A stretch of DNA of 64,000 nt. Origin: Magallana gigas. Lineage: Eukaryota. The notes under the pieces were generated by a model. The model was not told the origin of the DNA, made no database searches, and was given only the letters and a program-made list of their open reading frames with translations. The position numbers and the translations under genes are program-made. The stretch covers positions 13,082,001 to 13,146,000 of the forward strand of contig NC_088855.1 in NCBI RefSeq assembly GCF_963853765.1, written 5' to 3'. Positions 39,070 to 53,180 of the stretch are shown here, one piece after another; position 1 is the stretch's first letter; every line of letters starts with the position of its first letter.

Positions 39070-40536
39070 GGCATACTCTAAAACCTGGCCTGGCCTGGCT
39101 TGGCCCTATTGGCCTGGCCTCACTTTTGGCCTCAAACCTGCCTTGGCCCCAAGTTTTGGCCTGGCCTCAAATTTGGCCTCTTCAAAAAATTTTGGCCTCA
39201 AATTTATTTTTATATTTTCTTTACTTATTTGATGATTTTTATTGATTTTTTATTGATTTATTTTCAATCCATAAACATCTTACTTGGTGGCTTTAGTGTC
39301 TTATTGTGATAGTCTTTTAAAATATTAGGTACAATTGAAAATATAGTACTAACAATGTATATTTATGACCAAAGATATGTCGAGTTATCCATTCTACATT
39401 ATTTTTATTCAGCGGCGATCAGCCTTTTTGAAATTCTTAAGAACTTATTTTTTTCTTAAGAACGTGCTTTTTGCCCTGCCATTGTATAAGCATGGCATAT
39501 TTTTGCAATGTATTTAGATCAAACTGCTCTCAGGATTGGACACTATCTATGTAACTTATCTTTAACCAACGACTTGTTTGAGAAAAAAAATATTGGAAGT
39601 GGCCAATATTTGTTCTAACCAACACCAAAGGTCACAAAATGTTTTCCTTTGTTCAAATTCTGATAATGACAATTCCCCACTGTTTCCTAAATATACAAGC
39701 AACACATGCATGAAACTCTACTCTAACTAGGAGGTGATGATTAATGACCATTGCTGAGTCAAGGTATCGGAGGATGCAATGTTGTTCACAAATGCCATTA
39801 ATTAAATTAAACCGTGTGAAATGTTAAATGACAGGATAGGCGATGAATCTGACCCCAATGTAGCAGATTAGCGACAGAAAAGATTAATATTGAATTTCTG
39901 CTGGGGAGGGAAATTTGGGCTTGATCGGTGTTGACAGGTAATGTAAACAAACTGTAAATTTTAAAGTGCATTACACAGTGACAACAATTTAATGCTATGA
40001 ACCAGTTTACACATGTTTTGGATATCAATGAGGTTTGTCTCTTAAAATGATGTTTAACATTTAAATGGGACGGGGAGGGGTGGCGACTCTTAGTTTTAAA
40101 GTAAATAGCTTTGGTATTGGCATAATCTATTCCTTAACAAAAGTAAGAGCAGTGTTGTACATGCATGTCTTAGGAATTTTCTGTGTGTTTAGACACGGAT
40201 TAAATTAATCAAACTTGAAAAATCGGTCACTTATCGTATATATTTTTTTTTATATGATTATTCTTTTAACATAAAAAAACACTGAATTTTCAATTTCTAA
40301 AAGAAATAAAAAAAAATCCATCAAAATCCAAGAAAATGGAAAAAAGAAATTTTTTTAAATTTGAGGCCAAAAATTTTGAAGATGCCAAATTAGGGACCAG
40401 GCCAAAATTTGAGGCCAGGCCAACATTTGGGGCCAGGCCAATTTTGAGGCCAAAAGTGAGTCAAGGCCAACTTTGAGGCCAGGCCAGGCCAGGCCAGGCC
40501 AATGGGGCCAGGCCAGGCAAGGTTTTAGAGTATGCC
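39070..40536. mobile_element. Foldback/Mutator-like non-autonomous element with long modular TIRs
   Basis: Terminal 16 bp GGCATACTCTAAAACC are a perfect inverted repeat. TIRs of ~135-170 bp are built from TGGCC/GGCCA pentamers. Flanks ATAATAAAA / ATCATAAAC resemble a decayed 9-bp TSD. Confidence 0.75.
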
Positions 40537-42029
40537 ATCATAAACATGCACTCTCTACAATTAGTGATAACCCCATGCTATGCAATTGTTTGTATTGCCT
40601 ATAAGGACAACAACTACCCCTGTTTCTAAATACATGTCATGTAGTATGGCTATCGATGTAAAACATTTCTTTTCACACTTAACCAGTCTACAATTCATTA
40701 CTGTCAATGAAATTCAACTGTATATATACTATAAATTCTACATAAAGTTCAACTGTATAAAAACTATTTATACATTAAATTTCACATTAAATTGAACTGT
40801 ATAAATTCAGTGAATTTTACATGAAATTCAACTGTATATGTACTATAACTTTAATCGTCACTTAAGTATTGAAAGTTAATGAGATGTTAAGCAGTGCACA
40901 AGCGTATTGCATATGACGAAAATAATGTGAGAAAAAGAGATTATCGTGTCGACTTGAAAAAACCCCCCATTTATTTAGTGCCTTATAGGGTACTCTATTT
41001 TACAGATGTCGCTTCCTACAGTTTTCAAAATAGAGCATGTTTGTTTCGCTAACCTATGGAACATATAACAGAAATGCGATGATGATATTACTTGGTTTTA
41101 GATTTTTACATGCTTTGGTCTCTTTTGAGTCACACATGTATTTTGCATGATATTGCACATAGGACACTGTTGTTGTACACATAGCTCCTAAAGTTATAAC
41201 ATGGAAAAGTATTAGCTGTCATCTTTTGACAAACTGTTGTATAAAGGGTATCCGTTTTGTTCGAATAACTTTTCCTAAAGTTTTCAATATAAGCATTCAA
41301 TTTTACACATAAGCATAAGAAATCGTTTGTGTAAATACATCTTGTATGCAAGATGTGTATATTTTATTTTGTTTTGTGAAATTATGACTAAGTACTTTCG
41401 CCTGAATATTGCACAGAGGGAGGCTACATTACCTGTCTAGATAAGCCCCAATACAGTTTTCAAGATAGGAAATTATTTGCAATTTATTTATACAAATATG
41501 CACCACAGAAAATTAGCATCATACTTTCAAATTTGTTTTTGTCCACAAAAAAGAAAACGCGGTTTGTTGTATTATTGACAGTTTTCTCTTGTTAACTTTA
41601 TAATATATTAGCTAGATATTTGCCATAGGCTTTGTAACATCTCTGGTTATCTGTACGAAATATTTTATTTCATTATTTTATAACGTTTATACCAAATCCT
41701 ACCTTAAAAAAGAATAATACCTTAATCGAATCAATAATTACTATATGGTAGAATAAGTATAGATGATAAACTTTTTAAAACCCTTCCATCCACTTTTTTA
41801 ATGCTGCATAAAATTTATATAGCTATAATGTTATGTCTGTGGAAATTTGGTCTTCTTCGAAGTGAATACAGTTTAAGCAAATCACTGACTGTTCAAGTGT
41901 AAATTAGGAATGGTAATTACTATTCTGATACATGTAGATCCATTTTGTGATTGATAATCACATGGTCTGCATCATAATTAGTCTCTGACTTTTATGTCTT
42001 TGTAGGAAATGAAGGAACGAAACATACAT

Positions 42030-45000
42030 ATGGAAACCGTTCTACAAATAATAGTTTATATCACATTCATAATTATCCAGGTAAAATACTTTTTCATGTG
42101 TGTGATTTTTAACAAATAAATTTTCTCCTACAATTTGTACGTGTATATTTTTTTTCATTAAAAAAAAAAAGAAGGGAGAAAACGTACGTAAAGAATGATT
42201 TTCATTTTAGATAGCAGATTGTTCGTTCATCTGTCCACTCTCAACACCAACTATAGAATACGTCACTTCCTGTCCACACAATAAAACAGAATGGGAAAAA
42301 GCAGTTCAACGGAAAAACTGTGAAAGTATGGCGCATCATCAAAACTGTACGGAGCCTAAGAACTTTCAATATCATTGTCTCATAAATCATTTGCGAAACG
42401 CAACATTAGAAGTTTGTGCACCAATTTACTATTTGCAAGGTAAAATTTTATTTTTTCTCAACCATATTTTGTTATTGTAAAGTCACAACTCTCAATAATG
42501 GCGTTCAAACTCTTTACTCAATATGATCACGTGACAAGATGCTTACATCACAGATAACCATTTGATACAGACTGTCGCTTATGTCAATAAACAAATTATA
42601 ATGCAATAACATAACAGTTTTGATTTTGGTAAAACGTGAATGTGTTTATAAAATGTATGTATACATATTCTTCTGTTCTTACTTTTGAAAATGTACGCAA
42701 AAAGAAAGAACAAACCCGTATGAAAAAATAGAATTGTTGTAGATTGCAATTATAACCAAAAAAAGGCATTTTTTAGATTTTAGAAACAAAAGTTAATATA
42801 GAGTTTTAAAGTTTCTACGCGACTTAAGGAAACGACAAAAACAAAACTTCTTCAAATTTACACATTCTATTTCACAATGTTTTTAGGCTACTGTGCGTAT
42901 TATAACACAAATAATAAAGAAATTATGGAGAATTATGACCAAGGATTCGAGTGTTTGAAGTTTCCTGCCGGCGAACGATGTCCACCAAGATACCCATCAT
43001 CTGAAGCATATAAATGTAAATTTTCCTAAATAGATATTTGAGGCATAAAGATGTAATGTTTTCTAATATGTCCTCTTAAGATTATCAGCTTCATGATGCC
43101 TATGATTTGGACTGAGTCTAATGATTTCTAAGTGAATACACATGCAATGTTAGTTATTAGCTCGGATGAAGCATATAAAAGTAAATATTTTTTTCTGCTT
43201 GAAATTATAAATGGATATAATATTTTAGGCATTTAATGTAATAATAAATGTCTTTATATTTCTCCAATATTCTTACCGATGCATTTGCCTCACTTTTATC
43301 ATATTGTATTGTAATTTGAATAGACATACGTTGTTATGTTCCCAAAAACCAACCAAAACCAACAACAACATTACCTATAGCGTCTTCGGCAAATAAAGCT
43401 CCTGAATTAAGGTAAAACAATAATACACCGCGTTATGTATATATCATTATAAAGGATGTGCTTTATTCATAATAAGAATTGACATTAAACTACATTCTTT
43501 TTCAGCTCAGAGGTGGTTTACATTATATTCATTACCATATTATCAGTGGGATTGGTTGCCGTTTCTTCACTCTTTTTATGGTGGGAGAGAAAGTCAATAA
43601 TTAGCTTATGTGAAAAAGGTAGATTTTGAAATTATATTATGTGCTTAATATACTAAGTTTTAATAAAACTGTTGACAAACCATTATTCAAGAATACAGGT
43701 TAACTTTTTGTAATCTTTTTTTCTAGGATGTAAACCCAAGGACTTAAGCAATCTAGAGAATAACACTCCAGAGGAAACAGGTTTATTTTGTAGTTTATTT
43801 GAACTCAAATGTGTTTTTTCTTTTGATGCACCATTGTACTTTTACTTTTAAGAATATGTTTTTTATTTTAAACATGGTCAGCCAATTGACCAAGATGCTA
43901 CATTTCAAACAATAAAAGAATAAAGTATAAGAACACAGCGTTGATAGGCAAAATGAAAAACAAAAAACATATCTTAACGTAGATAAGTCATGTACAAGTA
44001 AATAAATATTTTAAAGTATAAAATCATGCATGATTTGTACATGTCAGTTGGCATCACGTACGTTTGTAAACTTGTATGAAACATACATACTTAATTTAAA
44101 TTATGCATGTATTTGACAAAACATTTTCACATTTTTTTCTATATGCTATGGTGGCATAATTATGCCAAACTTATCAGATTGTCAAATCTTTAACTGTCTT
44201 GTTATATATATGATTATTAGTTATTGTGTTTAAAAAATTAAAACTTCAACTGGTACATACCCAATATCTGACATCTAGATATCACTATATTTTTCTGACG
44301 AGCGGACAACGGTTGGTTTTAAAAGCGTAAAAAATGATTTTCTTGCTAGTATAATAATCTTCTGACAAGTCAAAATTACGATCTTTCAACTATCATAGTT
44401 GCTAATTATATATATAGTGGCAGAGCTTGCCACCATAAAATGCATTATTCTAGTATACTTCCAAAGTTGTTTGTCAGTTATCAAAAGTAAAAATCTTCTA
44501 TACTTTAACTATAAAGTATTAGAAGAAAAAGTGTATAATGTGTAATGCATAGTGGTGTGAGCTTTGATAGTGGATTAGGAATATAGTTCCAATTTTAAGG
44601 ACAGCCAATTTGAAAAATTGAATCAGCTTGGTTAAATGCTATGTTGTGGTTCTGTTAAAAGGGTTTTTGTTTCAGTTTTAAAGTTTATATTTTTCACTGA
44701 ACGTATAACTGAAAAGGATATTACTGTAACATTTTCTGTCCCACAGATTTTTTTTGCAAGAATTTAATGTTTTTTTTTAAATTTAGAATATTTAATATCA
44801 AAATTTTCACCAACTAAGCGTTATTTAATATCAATAACAGTAAAAGAAGGGTTCATTAATCATTTCGTATTGATATACCTAGTAATTAATCATTTCGTAT
44901 TGATATACCTAGTAAATTTCTTTTGTGATATTGTGTTATTTTGACATGTATTTATGTTGAAATGTAATTTTATTTTAAGGGTTTCTTCCACCCGAAAGCA

Positions 45001-46091
45001 ATGAAAACAACGCGGACTTAAAGGACAAAGATAAGGATGCTAACAGTTCGTTTCATCAATTCGTACTCATTTTTTAATGAAAATAATAGTTATGAATTGT
45101 ATTTAGATAAATAATACAAGGAAGGCGCTTCAGAGTCTTCTATCGAAGTAATAGTTTTATGAAAAAACAAACTCTTATTAATATCACCGATAGATGGTTT
45201 TCCAGGGGTTACATCCCGTTTACTCTCTTTGTTATCCAATAAATTTTTTATTTACTTTTAAAAATGGTAGTGCTTTACTAGTACATAGCAAGCACTGTGT
45301 GTATGTGCGTTTTTTTTATTTTCTTGCGTTTAACTGTCCAACGCCTGGGTAAGAAATAAAATATCTTTTTTTTCGTTTTTACAGATTGTGTATCACACAA
45401 TAAAAATGTCAATGTGAAATTATTTTTAAAATCTCACAGAGTTGTGAATTTTTTTATTTATCATTGATTATAATTGTGGATGAAACAGTTGTCATAAATT
45501 AGATACAATAATTACATATTTGTGACATAAGATAAAAAAAATTTGAATACAAACTCTTTGAAAGGCAATGTAATGATATTCTAAATATATTTTCCATTTG
45601 GTGATATACATAGACTCCTCGGTTGCATGTAACAGCGAAGAAATCAAACTAGAGGTGACAGATACCAATGAAAGGTCAACCAGTAAGTTGTATCTGATTT
45701 GTTAAAAACTGGGTTACTGCTACTTTAAAATAATAACGTAACACAAAACAATTTGTATTATCTAATGTAATGAAATCATTTCTTGATGTACTTAGGGCCG
45801 TAGGGATATCCGAGATATCACACCTTGGGTACTTCTAAAATGTTCTGCATTTTATATGTACTCATGTACTACTTTTGAAAAAGTTTAAATAGTAAGATAT
45901 TTGTACCTGTATTTATCATTTTTATAGTTATAATAAGTTTAATTTAGAGACCGTTGATATCAAAATCCTGCATTAATATGTCATTTATTCATGTTTGTTC
46001 TTTTTAACTATCAGAAAAACCGCCACGACCTGAGCGTCCGCCTAGTTTCGTTAAGACTTCTCAACCCTCTAAATACAAATACTGGAAATAA
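42030..46091 (+). CDS. Gene D: type-I membrane protein with the same Cys-rich ectodomain as gene B
   Basis: Exons 42030-42080 (METVLQIIVYITFIIIQ; in-frame upstream ATG at 42009), 42211-42439 (..SCPHNKTEWEKAVQRKNC..YHC..EVCAP..), 42887-43015, 43324-43411, 43506-43618 (TM), 43727-43780, 44980-45045, 45614-45682, 46015-46091 (KPPRPERPPSFVKTSQPSKYKYWK*). Exons 2 and 3 are 229 and 129 bp, identical in length to gene B. Confidence 0.8.
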
Positions 46092-47866
46092 AAAAAATCT
46101 GAGTAAGTACTTTTAAGGCATTTTTTTTCAAATTTGGGAAGAATTATCTTTTTGGACAAAATGTGGAGGCATTAATAAAAGTAATTGATATAATATTTTT
46201 AAGAAAACAAAAACCTTTTGATAGAACACAAAAGGCAAATAGCACCAGCGTTGGCCGTAAGGGGGAGGGGGTGCGGGGGCGTTGCTGTTCCTTTTACATT
46301 TTCCCAAAGCAAACATATCTCTCAAATTACACATTGATCAATGAAATGTTAAGAAATCCTTGTTAGGGCATACCGGTATAACAAAGGTAGCGAAATAAAC
46401 ATTGGAAAAGAAGTTTAAGGTAATACGCACCTTACGGAATAAGATTTCTTGTTAAGATTTCGGATATGTCTAAACCCCCTTTTCCAAATTTAAACTGATA
46501 CTACATGCTTGCTGAACCATGTTTAATGTTTTAAGACAAACAAACCAGCATTTCTTGACTGATGTTATCATACATAATATATAGATTATTATATGGCATT
46601 TTTTATCGAATCCTTTATTGGACTGAGGTCAATGTATATCAGTTCGTCGAGAGCCTTTGGGTTCGAGAGCTAAATGTAATACACAGAGATGGGGGTATAG
46701 AATAGCTCCAATAAAATGAACTTTTCTGTTGTTTTTATATCTAATATATTCACTTGGTCAGGTCAATGTACCTGAGAATTGGATGCCTTTTTGGGTCATC
46801 GCCATATTTAATGACGGTAATCTCAGTAACGGACAGTCGCTTAATATCAGTGGCTAAGTTTCGTTCGCTATCGGAAGTAAGATAATTGTCTTGCCTAGAT
46901 GACCAAGCGGTTAGTGCGCTGGCTGTTTGCTTTTGGGAGATTGGGTTCAGAAGGTTATTAATAAGTACAAATTAAATTTTTTTTTATATTTCAGATGGTT
47001 TGAAAAAAAGATAACGACCTAAATGGCATGATCAAGCCATATTTAAAGGCTATCGACAATTTAATTGATATTTGGACAATGCTACTAAAATAACAACAGC
47101 ATGTTTAAGTGACAGAAAGGTGTAAAACGTGATTTGCATAATTATAAGTATTAATACCCATTTCTGCCTTGCAACGCCATTTTTAAAACTGTTTTTATTA
47201 GTGATGAATGATTCAATTATCATTTGTGTGAAGATGAATTGTAATTGCTGTATTTAATTAAAGTGTCACGACAAAAAAAATAAACTTTATGAATGTGTTA
47301 TTTTTTCAGGTGTGTGTGTACTTATCATTTACTTTTGATCAAATTGTGGTATGTTAGATGTTAACATAAGGCAGATAATTCAACAGAGCCGTAGTATGTA
47401 ATGAGATTTTGTGATCACCTGTATCGGGTTTTCTGCTGCCAAGACATTCGGAGTTTATATGTAAACTCTTCTTTCTATTTTCAATCTTTGCTATGAATTT
47501 AAAAATAAGTTCAGACTTGTCAGAAGAATATTTGTTAAAGGTTTGACAAATTCAACTAAAGTTGCAAGATACTGAATGCAGAATTCTTTTCGCCCCGTTT
47601 ATTTTTGCCTTTCTTCACTTGTAATCGGTTTCGCCCCGTCTTGAATTCGCCTAGACAATGTTGTGCTCAAAACCAGATTATTTGAGATATTGGACTTCGC
47701 CTAGATTGAAATCAGGTTGCTGACTACAGTGGCGAAAGGAATCAACCCCCCCCCCCAAAAAAATGGAGCAAATGCATATCATATACGTAGTAGTGAATCA
47801 GCTCTGATACATGTGTTTTGGACTAGGCACCATGCGTTTATTCTCCAATACCTCTGTTTTAATTAA

Positions 47867-48310
47867 AGAGGCATGGTCACGAGTTTGGTCATAAATTATT
47901 TTTCCGATTTTATTTACAATGCTTTAGAAAGGCATTTCTAGAAGGCAACCGAAATATGAGTGTCATTTGTTGAGTTATAAGCGAGTTACAGAGCTTGAGA
48001 TTCTTCGCTATGTAAACAAAGCGATTGTTTATATTTTAAACGTTGAAGTAAAAATTTCAGTTTTAAACCTTAAACGAATGTATTTAACGTTAGGAACTGT
48101 TTATCTATGTTTAAAACAAATAAAAAGATAACAAAATAGATAAGCTTGAAATTTTTTTTACTGGTATATTGAACCTATGTAAACATAAACAGTGCACGAG
48201 CCTTGTTTATATGACAAAGGAATTGTGAGCCATGTATCTTGCTTATCTTAAAACGCTACATGTGACTCTTAAATTTTATTTCATCATTAGAAAAGCATTT
48301 TTAAAGCTTT
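47867..48310. mobile_element. Non-autonomous TTAA (Kolobok-type) element, right end not seen
   Basis: TTAA|AGAGGCATGGTCAC start; homologous to 14436-14665. Confidence 0.6.
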
Positions 48311-48454
48311 GTATTAAGACTAGATTGTAAAATAACGATAAAATAACAAAAAAACTGTATAAAGCATCACCTCACACGTCTAAATATTATTATTCATTGC
48401 TAAAAAAATAACCAAAAAAAAATTAATAATTTTAAAAAAGCGCCAAACAGTAAT

Positions 48455-50300
48455 ATGTATCTTGTCGAGGGGGGTAGCCTACACAGGGGTTGTGTATTTA
48501 GAACAAAAACACGGTCTATTTAACATCAATCAACATTTAAATATAAATATGAAGGATATCGAAAAGAATGGAACACGAGACTAAATCTTTAAAAAAGGAT
48601 TTATATAAATGTTAATATTTAAATAGTTAAAGGAATGAACACGCTGAATGTTTGAATGTTCTCAAACAACTTGCTTATGGTGTTGGTTTTTATAGAATGG
48701 AATTTTACAGAAAACTTGCGAAATTCCAGTCAAAGAATTAGACTCAATACGAAGTTAAACAGAAGAAAAGTTTTATTCTCGATAATTTTTAAAAGATAGT
48801 GCTTCATCTCAAACGGGAGACCCCCTTGAGCTTAAAATCAAATGTAGATGGCTTCTCAACAAAGTCCGAGAACTCTAAGACTAAAAAGAAATAGAAATAA
48901 TAATAAATATATATAGAAATAAACGAGTTTTGTACATCCGAAAAAGATCTAAAGCTTCTGTATAACAAATTATATTTCTTCTTTAGAATCTGAATAAAAA
49001 TCTTTGATTTTAGATGTATGATATAAACAACATCACAGCGGTTTTTTTTTATCTCGTCCCCTATATCAGCCCTCGTTTAGTATCGGCCCGCGCTCTTCGG
49101 GCTTAAACCGATACCAACGGCTCGGGCTGACACCAGGGCGGAGGTCAAAACAACAAGTCGATATTCTATATATATCATATACCAAGTGGTGTATCAGCCC
49201 TGGTACATGTATACGTGTTTTGGATTAGGTGAGACAGCAACCAAAAACTCGGTCAGATCTGTTTCGCCCTCGAGGCTGGTATTTTTCGGTCTCAGCCCAT
49301 CGTCAAGGGGTTTATTGCCCTCAAATTTAAACTCCCAAATATCTCTGCTTTGAATAAAATTAGTTTGTGAAAACAAGATTGAATAACAATGTTGAAAAAT
49401 GAAAAATAACAATTCCAAACTAGCATCAAAAACCGATATGCGTCTAAGTAGGTTGCGGCAACCTACACTATGGTTGTGTATTTAGAAAAAAAATAGCACA
49501 CTCTTTAAATATCAATCAACATTCAAATAATGGAGGATGCAGAAAAGGGTAGAACGAGACCAAATTATAGAAAACCAGAGTTTAGATTGTAAAAAACTAA
49601 GTGGCTAAAGTAATGGACGCGCTAATAAACGTTAGCTTATCAAACAACATGCTATAACAGTACACAGGCAACTATGACCCACGTGAAAATCACGTGGAAT
49701 TCATGTGAATGTATTTCACGTGAAATTCATGTGAATGTATTTCACGTAAAATTTTTGTGGAAAATGCGTGAAACTTTTATCTGAAATACACGTGAAACAC
49801 ATTCACGTGAATTTTACATGAACAAATTCACGTGAAATTCAATTAACGCGAAATTAAGTTGAAGTTCTTGTGACAATAAATGTGAAATTCACGTGGAGCC
49901 CATTTGACGTGAGGCACAATTGGCTGTGTATGGATTTTTATGAATGGAATCTGAAAGGAAACTCACAATATCTCGATGGAAAACATTTGACTCATTATGA
50001 AGTTGCATTAGATGGAAGGTCCTCTCTCGATAATTTCGAATTCTAGAAGATATTAGTGCTTTCTCTCAGACGGCAGACTCCCTTCTTCTGTATTTCAAAG
50101 GACAATGGTTTGGCACCAAAGAGTCAGGCAACCCTTACCTTTCTAAACACATATAAAAAGGAATAAAACGAACGTGTATTGTAAATCCGAAAAAAATCTA
50201 TACTTTAGCTTCTTCATAATAAACTATCTTCCTTATATAAAAAGATTTGAATTAAAGTCTTTGATTTTAGATAATAATATAATATAAACAACATCACACT
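48455..50300. repeat. Two diverged direct copies of a ~600-bp repeat (48455-49040 and 49445-50300)
   Basis: Shared blocks in the same order: cctacac..gttgtgtatttagaa, atcaatcaacatt, tctcgataatt, atccgaaaaa..atct, tctttgattttagat..tataaacaacatcaca. The second copy contains the 49663 MITE. Confidence 0.6.
49663..49928. mobile_element. MITE with TA TSD packed with CACGTG palindromes
   Basis: TA|CACAGGCAACT ... AATTGGCTGTG|TA imperfect TIR; CACGTG at 49680, 49691, 49717, 49789, 49804, 49829, 49890. Confidence 0.7.
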
Positions 50301-51183
50301 AGTAATATTGTTTTGATCTCGTCGCTGGTATTGTATGGTATATGCAGCCAGGATATCTGCAAGGTTATGCACAGTTGTAACCGAAAAATCTAACCTAACA
50401 CTCTACAAATCGAAAAACAAAACAATACAAAATAAGAACTGTTCATTTAACATAGACAATGCCACAACATGTTACATTTCATAATTTTCGGTAAAATGTA
50501 TATAAAATATTCCAAATTCATCATAACAAGGATTCCTTAACCCGAGTTGTACACGGAACTAAAGCAATATTATAACTTTCCTTTGTACATGTAATGCTTT
50601 CCTAACTGATAATTTTCACGTTAGTGAATTATTTTGTTTTAAATGAATAAATGTTCTATACTAAAAACTGGATAGATGAATAATATTGATTCGCGAACCT
50701 TCTAACTGTTAACTTAACTTTAAATCAATATTTGATTTGAGTTTATGGTTTTTGAAAACAAGAATGTTACAAAAGTTGGTTGTGTTCAATATAATACCTT
50801 GTTTACAATGTACTGTACATGTACATGCATATCTGGTTATTTTTGCGTTGATTTATATTTTTCGCAAACAATTGTTCAAAGTAAGAAATAAAAATGTAAA
50901 AAGAAATAATTTCTTTTACTGAATGCTGTTTAAACTTATTAAATCTTGAAAGATACTTGCTTTAGTAAATGAAAAAAATATGGATTTTCTTTTCTTTATG
51001 GCATTTTCTCAAAAAGTGTTCTGACCAGTAAATTTCCTCAGAAATAAGTGATTGGCGTTATAAAGAATGAATGAATTAAAGGTATTTGTGATTGAAGGGA
51101 ACTAGGGATACATGTACTCTAGTTACAGAGTTCCGAAGACACACAATCCCTAGCTACATGTACATGTACAATGCATTGCATAA

Positions 51184-51512
51184 AACCAAAGCCCAATCAC
51201 GGGTCGCACCAACAAGATATTTGGCAACACTTCTTGCCGCACAGATAACTGCATCTATCTCATCAGTTGCACAGTCTGCTCTAAGCAATACGTTGGTGAA
51301 ACAGGTGACCTCCGCGGAAGGATCAATAACCACCGCTCTGCCATAAAGACCAAAAAAGTCAAGGAGCCCGTCGGGGAACATTTTGATAGAAGTAGCCACA
51401 AATGGGAAGGCATGACAGTATTGACTATTGACCATAATCCTCACTCAGGACAGACGCGGAGAGGAAAAGCAAGGAAAAGTTCTGGATGCACAGACTCAAA
51501 TCATTCTTTTTT
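51184..51512 (+). pseudogene. Penelope-like element GIY-YIG endonuclease fragment
   Basis: Frame from 51241 reads TDNCIYLISCTVCSKQYVGETGDLRGRINNHRSAIKTKKVKEPVGEHF..IDHNP; after a frameshift it reads TDAERKSKEKFWMHRLK. It was missed by the ORF track, which shows only the alternative frames. Confidence 0.8.
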
Positions 51513-51779
51513 AAACTAGCTACGCTGTATATAAAAATAAGGGTAAGAACCAATCAAACAATTTTACCTTATGAAATTTATGTGAAATCGTAGGGAAACA
51601 TTTTCTATGCAGCTAGATCATCAGCAAATAATGAATACGAGTTTGTCGCGTGATCGAATCCCATAAAACGCGAATGGCTTATGAAAGATTTGATCACATA
51701 CACACCCTGAATTAAATCAAAATGATACCTTATTTCTTAAATAACTTTTAACTTTGACAAATTGCAAATGTAATGATCA

Positions 51780-53180
51780 GTGACGCTTTGTTACTATGTT
51801 GACCCGCATTATAAATAGTAGCTGCTTTTCTCGCTTCATAACGTCAGAAGCAAATGTGCTGCCCATCACCTCAGATGGATCAGAAGTGGTCTGTTGAGTA
51901 GCAAATATGGTACTTTCTTGGCGCTGAGCATTGAGAACAAGCCGCTGTCATACTCTTGATTGCTTTGTCTATATCCATAGCAAAGAAGAAGCCTTTCATA
52001 TCAGTCTTCATTTGATTCGTACTGGGATGAGAGAGTTGTAAATGATGTAAGGAGTCCGTGAAGTACTGATTTTAAGATTACATCTTTATTACAACCATGA
52101 GCTCATTTGCTTGCACAGATGGCTCATTTCGCTTGATAACAAGCATTCTTTCAGTTGCTATGGTTGCCTTGTAGAGCCATCCATAATGTGTTACACAGAA
52201 GCAGTGCGCGAACATGATTGGTTAGAAGGCAAGCTAAAGATAGCTGCACCAACAACGTGACGAACTGAAACCTGGTATCCGATAACAGTTGATAAGAAGG
52301 TATATACGCGTGGGCTCGCCAAGATCTAGAATTCTTCACGGCATAGTTTATCACAAACCATCACACATGGTTTACTGTCTGAGAGCGCAACAGTGTCTCA
52401 GTGATTGGACTATGTATGGGATGTAGTGTTTGACTGCGTTTCCTATTGACAGAGCCTCTATTTCACAAGGCAAGAGGGCACTTTCGCAGTTTGCATTGAA
52501 AAATTCAGAAGGTAGTAGTTTGTTGTCCTCTCTTGAAACGTATAAGTGGCTCCAATTTCAGGATAATGCAAAGCACCATCTGTTACTATCCAGAGAGTGA
52601 CTTTTGGATGGGATATATGAATGGTTTTAGTGTCCTGTAGAGCTTGTTGGGGACATCGGAACGCTCGAACTAGATCATGAGACCTTTGAGTCTATATCAC
52701 CTATACCTTCCTCAAGGCCAGCAATGATGAACAGCCAGGTACTTGTATTACTCAAGATAACACTTTGTAGGCACCTACATGTAGGAAGCAACACATTGCT
52801 TTCATGTTTGTTGGCAATTCACAAGAAGCTAAAGTAGCTCTGCGGTGAGAGCTAGCACTGGGTGTTCCGTGTTGCCAAACACATCCACGAATTGGTCTTA
52901 CGTGGTGCAATCACAGTTTGAGGCCGACGACTTGAGGTTGCATCTATTATGAGCGACTAGAACTCATGCAAAATAACAACCAATTGTTCTGGTTGCTCCG
53001 CAATAAAGATCATCTAGCAGTTTAACAACTATGCTTTCTTCAAATAAGTCGCCCAACACTCTGCATGTGAGGTCTTCCAAAGCTGTCTCAGACCCAGGCA
53101 TTCCCTTGACTGAACGTGTATATACTATTACGCCTATAAATGGTGTGACAATACCACAATGCTTCATGGAATCCCTAGCA
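51780..53180 (-). mobile_element. Decayed Gypsy LTR-retrotransposon pol fragment (RT, RNase H, integrase start)
   Basis: RT motif ..[45 protein letters not shown]; RNase H-like LWIVTDG and LPCEIEAL; integrase Zn-binding region LSHPSTNQMK..DIDKAI..ACSQC. Many stops and frameshifts; no LTRs seen. Confidence 0.8.

Noticed and set aside
35946-41351. Short ORFs of 60-110 aa between genes C and D, and similar ones elsewhere
   Set aside because: Low-complexity chance ORFs in AT-rich or repeat DNA, many with non-ATG starts and no motifs.
44855-44914. 30-bp perfect tandem duplication (a similar 39-bp one lies at ~12829-12906)
   Set aside because: Ordinary local slippage in non-coding DNA with no sign of function.
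51092-51444. ORFs 51092-51346 (+) and 51154-51444 (-)
   Set aside because: Alternative frames over the GIY-YIG fragment, which is the meaningful frame.
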